Assembly: GCA_041651035.1 (NCBI GenBank)
Contig: JBAZKC010000001.1
Span: forward strand, 579,244 to 643,243
Reading direction: 5' to 3'
DNA length: 64,000 nucleotides
Source of the DNA: Candidatus Omnitrophota bacterium
GTDB taxonomy: Bacteria > Omnitrophota > Gorgyraeia > Gygaellales > Profunditerraquicolaceae
Shown: one piece after another, positions 54,001-63,000 of the stretch
How positions within the stretch are numbered: position 1 is the stretch's first letter
How the letters are laid out: every line of letters begins with the position of its first letter
Made by a program: the position numbers and the translations under genes
The notes under the pieces: model-generated
The model's database searches: none
Told to the model about the DNA's origin: nothing
What the model saw: only the letters and a program-made list of their open reading frames with translations

Positions 54001-57000
54001 CTTCCTGGGCAACAAATCTTGCCGATATATTGTGGTATTCAGGACTGTGCATTACCGCTTTATCTTTAGCCGTATCTTTTATTACATTCATATTAAAATA
54101 TACAATAGAGAAGGTTACTCCGGTAGATGTTACTGCTGTTGGTTCTAGTAGAGAGGGATCTAAAAAAGGCGCTTCTCCGGCTGGCCCTGTTTCCTCCAGC
54201 CCGCTGGGCCGCTCTCTCAGAGACACATTCGGCACGGTGGTGAGAAATCTATCCGAGAATTCCTCCAGCTTGGTCCATTTAAAAGACATTGCCACAAAAG
54301 GATTAATTCGTGCAGGTCCGGCACGGATACTCAAGAATGTAATTGCCTTAGCGGCATTAGTAATTATCGGGCTGTTAACTCTATTCGCTGCTCCAACCTT
54401 AGTTAATAATGCCTCGGCAGTTGAATATAAAGATCAGGCTGAAGTCAGAGAAGTATCTCCTTCCCAGATAGAAATCCCCATACGTATTATCTACTCTAAT
54501 CACAGAACAGAAGCAGACTTTAACACATTGGTTCCTGCTTTGGACGAGGCGTTTAAGGCTGCCAAAGATAAGAACCAGAAAATCCTGTTGTTCCTGGAGG
54601 AGTGTGTTTTTCCAAGCGAGTCAGCAAGAGAGGACTTCAAAAAGATATGCCCTGGCTGGGATATTGATAAAGTTATTAATGATCCTGTAGATCGGGAGCA
54701 CTTTGAAGAAGCTTACTTATCGTATTTAAAAGATGAACAAGAATACGTCCGAACACTGTGCAGTTCCACAGATTGGCTCAAGGATTATAAAGAAAATACA
54801 GACTTTGCCACAGCTCTATTACGTTATATTACAGAGAAAATAAACAGCGGAGAATATGAAATTCAAATTTATCTTGAAACTCCGCCATTTGAATATATTT
54901 TGCATGTTCTACAATATTCAACATTAGAGTACTCTGCTGATGTCAAGCTTAGGGATGAGGATTTATTTAAGGATATAAAACAAATATTAGTAACTTCTTC
55001 CGACAACAATAGTGTCATTATTATCAGAGGGGAGCTTCATACCTATCTGGGTAAATTGTTTGAGGAAAACGGATATAAAGTTAATTATTCAAACGGAGAA
55101 GGTTACGAAAATCTTGTTAAATGTTTTGAAATTATTGGAAAAATGCAGAAAGATCATGATATATCTGCGCCATCTGTCGCCTATACTCAAGAGATTAAGA
55201 CCTGCGAAGGCCATGATGCGGATTATTGGATGATGCAACTTACAGATGAGCTGCCGTTTACTCGTAAAGATGCTGCCAGAGCCTTAGGTGAAATAGGCGA
55301 TCCAAGGGCAGTGCCGGCCTTGATAGAAGTTCTTAAAAAAGACAATAACTGTTTTATAGTATCCGCAGCTATCAAAGCCCTTGGTAAAATAGGCGACCCG
55401 AGCGCAGTTCCAGTATTGATTGAAGCCTTGGAAAACAGTGATAGCGGTATAAGGAAATCCGCTGCCAGGGCCCTTAAAAAACTTGGTTGGGAACCTCAAA
55501 ATCAAGAAGAACAAATAAAATACTTTTTTTCCATAAGGGATTGGGATGCTTTGGTTAAAATTGGTAAACCAGCAATAGAATTATTAGAAAACAAGGGCTT
55601 GAGCGACGGTGACTTTAAAATAAGCATTCCAGCTCTTGAGACTCTTAGAAAAATCGACCCTGATTGGCGGCCGACAGGAGATTTTTCTTTGGCTCCCCAA
55701 GAGAAAGACGCAAGCGATTATATTTTTATAGTAGTCGTGGGAGCTGGCGTATTTATAATCATTATAGGTTTCTCTGTGCTGGCCTGGATGCGCCTATCAG
55801 AGTTGAAAGCTGCTGAAAAAGAAAAGCGCGGAGAACAACAAGAAACCAGCTTTATCGGCGGCACTACCTTTATTAATATTGAAGAGCGTAAACGTGCTTC
55901 ATCTCCGCTAAGCAGTAAACAGCAGTACCAGCAGTGGACCGATGAACTTGAAGAGGCAAAATCAAGCTGGAAACTATTTGAGATTGTCAGAAATATCGGA
56001 GAAAGCCTTCTTGATAACTCCGAGCTTCTGGAGCCGGTTATTAGTGTCTTTCTTTGGGCAAAGTTAAATATGGCTCAAGCACAGTCAAATATGATTGGGG
56101 AGAGGCTTGCCGGATACATTAAGCAACTGTTTTATCATAAATCCGATTTTAAGCCAACTTTCAAGCAACTAAGTTTTCTTATTAGTATCTTTTCTCAATT
56201 AAATTTAAGCGATGATACCCGAAAAAGCATTGGCGAAGCCATTGAGCAGGTTTTTATCAATAATCCCGATATTTTAACCCCGGTTTTCGTTTGGGTGAGC
56301 TGGAAAAACTCGGCTAGGGTGCGGAATGGGGCTGCTTATTTAATTAAACAGGCTATTAACAGAAATCCTGAGAGCCTTATGCCTGTATTTATTTTAGGGC
56401 TAAGTGATCCCGATGTCAGGAAAAGTCCATACCTTCGAGATATTGAGAAAAGAATACTAAGGGAAGGCAAGGGCAGAGGCGCCTCATCTCCGGTAATCTG
56501 TGTTTGGCAGCAACTAAGAGGCCGGATTAAGGCTCTTGAACAGGCAAGCTCGAACTGGGAACAGTATCAGATTGCTATAGAGATTGAGGATGACCTTATT
56601 GATAATGTCAATCTTCTAACCCCAATTCTTAATGTTATTCTCCGGACAAAATCGAATATTATCCAAGAATGGCTTGTTGAGGTTATTGAACAAACGTTTC
56701 GCGACAAAGCCGAATTTAAAGTGGCCTCCAAGCAGCTAGGGATCATTATTAATATATTTATCAAAGCAGGTTCAGATGATATTCAGGAGAGGCTTGCCGG
56801 TACTATTGAACGGATTCTTTGCAACAATCCAGACCTTAGGTTAACCCAAAAGCAGTTTGATAATCTGGTTGCCGTATTTGTTCAGACAGGTTCAGAGAGC
56901 ATACGACAAAAACTTGCCGGTGTTTTTGACCAGGCGCTTAGCAATGAGCCTGAAATTATACCAATTATCGTTCAAGATAGGCTTATTGGTGTTTTTGCAG

Positions 57001-60000
57001 ATAAGCCCTGCAATAATACTGATCTTAAACCGACCTTTGAGCAGCTGGATATCTTCGTTACTACCCTTATCCAAACACAGTCACACAATATCCGGCACAG
57101 GATTGGTTGTATTATTAAGCATATACTTCGCGGCGATCCCGATATTTTAATCCCGGGTCTTGCCGCTTTTAAACAGGCATATCCATATAAGTGTGTTGAT
57201 GCCCAAGAGGAATTTATTATTGCTGTTGGAAGAGCTATTAGCAGCACCCCTAAACTTTTAAATCTCGCGCTTGTTGCTATTGTCGAGACAGACTCGGATA
57301 AGGTTAGATATTGGCTTGCCCGTGCCATTAAAAATGCCCATAATTATAATACTGATTTTAAACTAACTTATGAACAGGTAAATATTCTTCGTATGGCTCT
57401 TGACCGGGCAGGCTCGGATATAGCCAGAGTTGAAATTGCCGATACTATTGGAAAAGCCTTTAGCAGAAACCCCGGGTTTAAGCCAAATCTAGAACTGTTA
57501 GATACTTTTGTTACTGTTATTAGCCGTGTAGATTTAAATGCTGCCGAGAGGGTTACGTATGCTTTTTTAAGGCTCCTGGTTAATAAGCCGGTTCTTTTAA
57601 CTCCGCTTATTGCCGTCCATACCCAGACAGGCTTAGCAGATAATGTTTGGAAGAATCTTACTTATTTTCTTATGCATGTTCTTATCTGTGACCCAAATCT
57701 CTTAGGTCCAATCCATATTATTCTTTCTCGGCCTGGCTCGGATGAGGCCTTGTATTGGTTTTCCGGAATTATTGAACAGGCTATTCTTAATGAGCCCGAT
57801 ATCTTAATCTCCATCCTTATTATGCTTACTTGGGCAGATTCGTATAGTTTACGGGAGGGGTTTACTTACGCCATTGAACAGGCACTTGGCAGAAGCTCCC
57901 AAAGGCTTATGCCCGTATTTATATCGGGGTTGGATGATCCTGAAGTCAGGATAGGCCAAGACACCAAAGAAAGGATATTTACGTATTTAGCATCTAAAGG
58001 TATCTATCCTCAAGCAGAAAAAGGCGAAGCAATGAACACTTCGTCTCCGCTGGAGCGTTCCAACTCACCTGTAACAATCCTCTCTAATTTACGGACTTTA
58101 TGGATCCGCCTTCAAATTGAATGGCATGGATCAAGGCTATGGTATAGCTCAAGACTAAAGAGAAGCTACAATCCTTATATCTGCATACGCGCAGTCAGAG
58201 CTTTAGACAAACTTGGAGATCCGGGAGCAGTTGAATATCTGGGTATGGCTTTAATTAGTCCAAATGGGGAGGTCTGTATAGGCGCAGCCGAAGCATTAGG
58301 TAATATTGGCGCCCCAGAAGCAATCCCGTTCTTGATCGATGCTTTATTACGTGATGATTCAGATTCTGATGTCTGCGAAGCGTTAGCCAAAGCCTTACTA
58401 AAAATCAACCTTACCTCTAAAAAAGCTGTTATAAGAGCTTTTAAAAAGTTAAGGCAGAAGGATATTGAAGTTTTAATAATAATTCTTACCCGAAACGGAG
58501 TAATGCCGCTAGCAGAGTTATTCTTAAATTCCGGCCGCCGCGAATTAGAAGAAGTGGCAAGAGAGTGGGCACCAAAACACAGATACGTTATTAAAGAAGA
58601 TCCGGTTACCAGACATTGGTCATTGAAACCTTCGGCCTCAAGCCCGCTAACCAGTGATTCAAAGGGAGTAGAAGCCCTTGGAAAAGAAATCAGTCCTATA
58701 ATTTCCAGCTCGCCGGTGGGTTATGGCCCTATAAGGAGAGAGCGGATAGAAAGCTATGGGGAATTTATCCGTTCAATGGGGCTCACAGCGGAAGATATCC
58801 AGAGTCTTCCTCCTAATTTAAGGCAGGTATTCTATAAGCTGAAAGATATAATTGCGGAGGCCCGCGCTATTATTTATTCTATAGAAGATATAGAAGATAT
58901 TAAAGTTGAAATTGAGCAAGAAAAAGGCATGCCCAAGAATCTCACAGATAAAATAAATGAAATTAGCAAGAGATTGAACTTGGGTGGAGTTAGATATCAT
59001 ACAAAGAAAGAGATAAAAGCTAAATTAGCCGAAGTAAGTAATGCTTTACCCGGCCAAACTTCAATTATTAAGGAGTTGTTGAGGTTGATTAGCCTCTTAG
59101 GGGAGAGATTGAGCAAATTAGAGCGGCAAATAGTTTTATTTAACCTGCGTACTGCTCAGGGCTTGGATAAGCACAGAGCCGATATTTCAAAAGGGCTCCC
59201 AGTTTCTTATTTTTCTCCCCAAGAAACCGCCGTTATATCTGCTAACCGAGAATTTCGTCTATGGAAGGAACAGGATAGAGAGTCACAATTACCCGAAAGG
59301 ATAATCAAATATCTTCAGGTATGTTTGAGTTTTCGTGTCAGAGCCCCTCCTGCGTTGAGAGATATAAATGCTATCCTTGACGATCCCCAAGTAACAAAAC
59401 TGATTGATATGCTTCTTGGTTTTGACCCCGAGTTTGATGCGCTGTCCATCCTCGAGAGATCCGCAACAGTTATTAAGATTGCCAAAGAGAACAAAATCAG
59501 CGACGATGAAAGATATATCTTTCATCTTATCAGCTTTACTCCTAGAGAATATTACTTTAGGCAAAATGTCCCTCTTCAGGTAAGAGAATATATTGCTGGG
59601 CGTATTGAGAAGGATTATGGGATAGCATTACTTAATCCTGAGACTAGGCTGGAGATTGAATTTTCCGGGGATGGAACAGAAGAAGGAGTATTTTTAAAAG
59701 CATGCTCTCTTGATGAAATAACAACTAGTGAAAGAGGAGTACCATTTTATTCGATACCCAATAAGAGGCAATTGGCAAAATGGTTTAAAGATACCTTTGG
59801 GGAATTAAAGTCAATCAAAGATAATAAAGAATACCGGGAAGCTCTAGCAATTTATAATAATTATCGTAGACATAGGATCCTTCAAGGAAGAATATATGAA
59901 CTCAAAAAACAGATTTATCGAATTACGTATAAAACCTTATCTGGAAAGACTGAATCCGTAAATTTCATTTTCTATAAAGATACTAAAACCGGTGTATTTT

Positions 60001-63000
60001 GTTCCAGCAGTTCCAGTAATTCTGCTTCTTCGCCAATAGCCTCGCCGCGCATAGCACAGCTGTTCCCAGGGTCAATCAAAGACGGCCACCAAATAGTTTT
60101 GACCAGAGAACAATTTGTGCGATGGCTGTTATGTGAGCCAAGCGGTATTTCTTATAAACTGAAGGCAGAATGGGGTAAAGCCATAGAAGAGTTTTCGTTA
60201 TTTTTTGCTGATGATTATACCCGTGACCACTGCGCCAGGGTTTTTGCTTATGCTTGGCAGATAATTGAAGAACTCCGCCGTCAGGTAAATAGAAAGAGAG
60301 AAAACGGAATAATAAGTCCTGGCAGAATAAATATAGACGTTAATTCATTGTTAATTGCTGCCCTTCTCCATGATATAGGAAAATTACAAATCCCGACAGA
60401 CATACTATGCAAGCCAAGCCGTTTGAGTGACGAAGAATTCAAGATTATACAGAGGCATCCCATCATTGGTTCGCAGATGCTTAGTTTCCTTGGGGAGATG
60501 GTTGCCAGAATGGTAAAAGAGCACCATGAAAATTATGATGGCAGCGGTTACTATGGCTTAAGATATGAAGAAAAATGCCTGGGTTCTTCAATTATCAGGG
60601 TCGCGGATACACTTGATGCCATGTTAAATGAAAGGCCCTATCAAAAATCCCATCTTTTAAGAGATGCCATCAGTGAAATTATAAATTACAGCGGCACCCG
60701 GTTTAATCCTGCGGTAGTAAAAATGCTCTCCCACCTTTACGAAACAGGTAGGCTTTTTCATTTAGTAATAACAGATGGAAACGCCAAAACGCTCTCCGTG
60801 GCTGGCCAAGACAAAAATCCCGCAGTAAGCGGCCGGGTTCACTTTGAACGGTTGATTGCTGAACTTGAAGGTGCGCAATCAGCTTGGAATAAGCAGTTAA
60901 CTATTATAGATATCGAGCAAGTCCTTATTAATAACCCTAATATATTGGTTTTGGCTCTTATCGCCTTTGGTTATGCAAAGGCATATAGTATACAGGATGG
61001 GCTTATTAATTCCATAGAGCAGTCTATTAAGCGTGCCCCAGGCAGGTTAATACCCGCATTCATCTCAGGATTAAATAATCCCTATCTTAGAAGAAAACAA
61101 GAAATCAAGGCAAGGATTCTTAATTACCTGTTAGCTAGCTCTATCTACCCCCATCGTCATTTACCCGGTTGCAATCAGCCTGAATGGGCAGCTATTCTCG
61201 CCAGTATACCGGAAGACCTATCCATGCCGTTGCTTACAGCGGATAATAATAAAGCCTATTTAGGCATCCTGCTTGCTGAAGACGATAAGGATGCCTTTAA
61301 GAAAGCCGCGTTTATAAAACTACAGGCCTACAAGAATCATATCAGAAAAACACTAGGTAAGGAATTAGGAGAAAGCCTGCCAGGGCAAGGGTCTTTATAC
61401 AGCGGCAGGTTTAGTTTGCCTTGGAAAGACTTTGTCATAGATATGAATGACCGTGCTCAAGAAATAAGCACCTCATCTCCGGTAACGATACCGCTTAATA
61501 CCGGATCAAGCCCGTTGATAGTAGCGCCAATAGAGCATCATCGGCAGGCGGCGGCCTTAATCCAGCAATACGCGCCAAAAAGAAAAGTTCCGGTGTTAAT
61601 ATTTGATTATCATTATGACGGAGGTTGGTTTTTGCATGAGGCGATAGACCCTAATCCAAATGATTTTAACTGGATAGACTTCATAAAAAGCAGGGTTGGG
61701 CAAATATATCTCTTCAGGCCATCCTGGGCAAAAGCAGAAGATTTACGCGGTTATCTAGATAGCGATGTCAAAGTGTTATATGATCCAGAAGGATTGGACT
61801 TACGCGGCCAGGAAGTAATTATTACCGTTGAGTATGATTATTTCTCGGTGAAGCTGCTTATTGATGGCACCCCCAATATTAAGAACAGGCCGGTTCCCGC
61901 CGAAATAAAAAGCAGGGCAGATCAGATAATGAGGGTCGTGAAGGAGAAAGAGCTTCGGCCATACCTATTTATTCCCTGCGAGGGGCTCGAGTATATTTAT
62001 AAGAAGGACGCTTCGGAAATTACCGAGAGCTTGTTCAGTGCTTTTTACCGAAATTTTCCTACTGCCTCTTCGCCTTGCGGCTCCAACTCGCCGGTATTTT
62101 CTGGCGTCGCTTCTTTAACCGTCGGCCAGTTGCTTAAACCTCAGGGATGTATTGCCGCGAAAGATAATATGCGTATACCGGTTTCCATGGTGCGTTTACC
62201 TATAGTGGAAGTCGGCGCATTAGATAGAGCAACAAAAGAGAAATTAGCCGTAAGTCTCCAGCGTTGGCTTGATTACAAAGGCAGGTATCCCGCGGTACAC
62301 ATTCCAGACGTATGCTTATTCATTGCTTTTCTAAAAGGAGAGCAGAAAGAAGGTGAAGAGATATTCCGGGCACTCTTGGAAAAAGAATCGCAGTTGTATT
62401 GCGCAATATCTTATCGTAATTCCCAATTGGAGACAGAAGGCTGGGTCCACATTAATATAAGTGACCGCAGCCGGATGAGTACCACAGTAATTAGGCCGGC
62501 ACTTATGGAGATAGCTCCATGGAACAGAGGTGATACTGCCGCAACTCCTTATTTTAGCGGAGTAGGCACGCAATTAAGAACTTTTGGTATCAGACTATTA
62601 CTTGAAGGTATGGAAGGCCATCGTGATCCATTTATCTACGGATGTATTCAAACCCTGGGTTTCCGCAGCGAAAAGGAAGATGTGTTTTCAGAGGGTGTTG
62701 ATCAGGGATATATTGAGGAATACTTTGGGGGCGCAAAATATACCGAACAAGAAGGCATAGATCAATATGGTTGTCTGGAAGAATGCCTTTGCCGTTTGCC
62801 GGTGACTCCGCTCAGGACTGATGATGAGCGAAGTCAAGCCAGCAGCAGCTCGCCGGTGACAGATTTTACCCGCAGTAAAGATTTTAAGACTGCACGTGTA
62901 TTAGATAGGATTAAGAATGAATTGGTTGATCTTGATGTCAGGCTCCATAGCAGCGAAACAGGCAATTTTGAGGCCCTGCGGCAGGAGTTGCGGACGTGGC

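Larger units (their letters stand above)
13430..62870 (+). repeat. Dispersed in-frame punctuation motif [A/S]-S-S-P-[L/V/I] (about 50 copies), about a dozen sharing the nucleotide core AGCTCGCCGGT
   Basis: Near-exact agctcgccg cores start at about 27135, 28803, 38049, 39060, 41799, 44709, 46866, 49272, 50694, 58707 and 62847, with variants agttcgccggt at about 41040, aactcgccggt at about 62085 and agctcaccg at about 50070. Other motif copies use different Ser codons (for example 20178, 20343, 21590, 24106, 25797, 27008, 30737, 30884, 36112, 36931, 39866, 40335, 40990, 43893, 44013, 51490, 52543, 53403, 54198, 55898, 56478, 58043, 58643, 60033, 61468, 62073). There are none upstream of 13.4 kb. 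By rough expectation a random 9-mer should occur about 0.25 times in 64 kb, and SSP[LVI] about once in 21k residues. Confidence 0.8.

Noticed and set aside
6346-57150. Short plus-strand ORFs in frames 1 and 2 (for example 6346..6549, 7693..7911, 33370..33636, 44668..44925, 56857..57150)
   Set aside because: Each overlaps the giant frame-3 ORF in an alternative frame and is under 100 aa with no domain signal, so they are treated as spurious.
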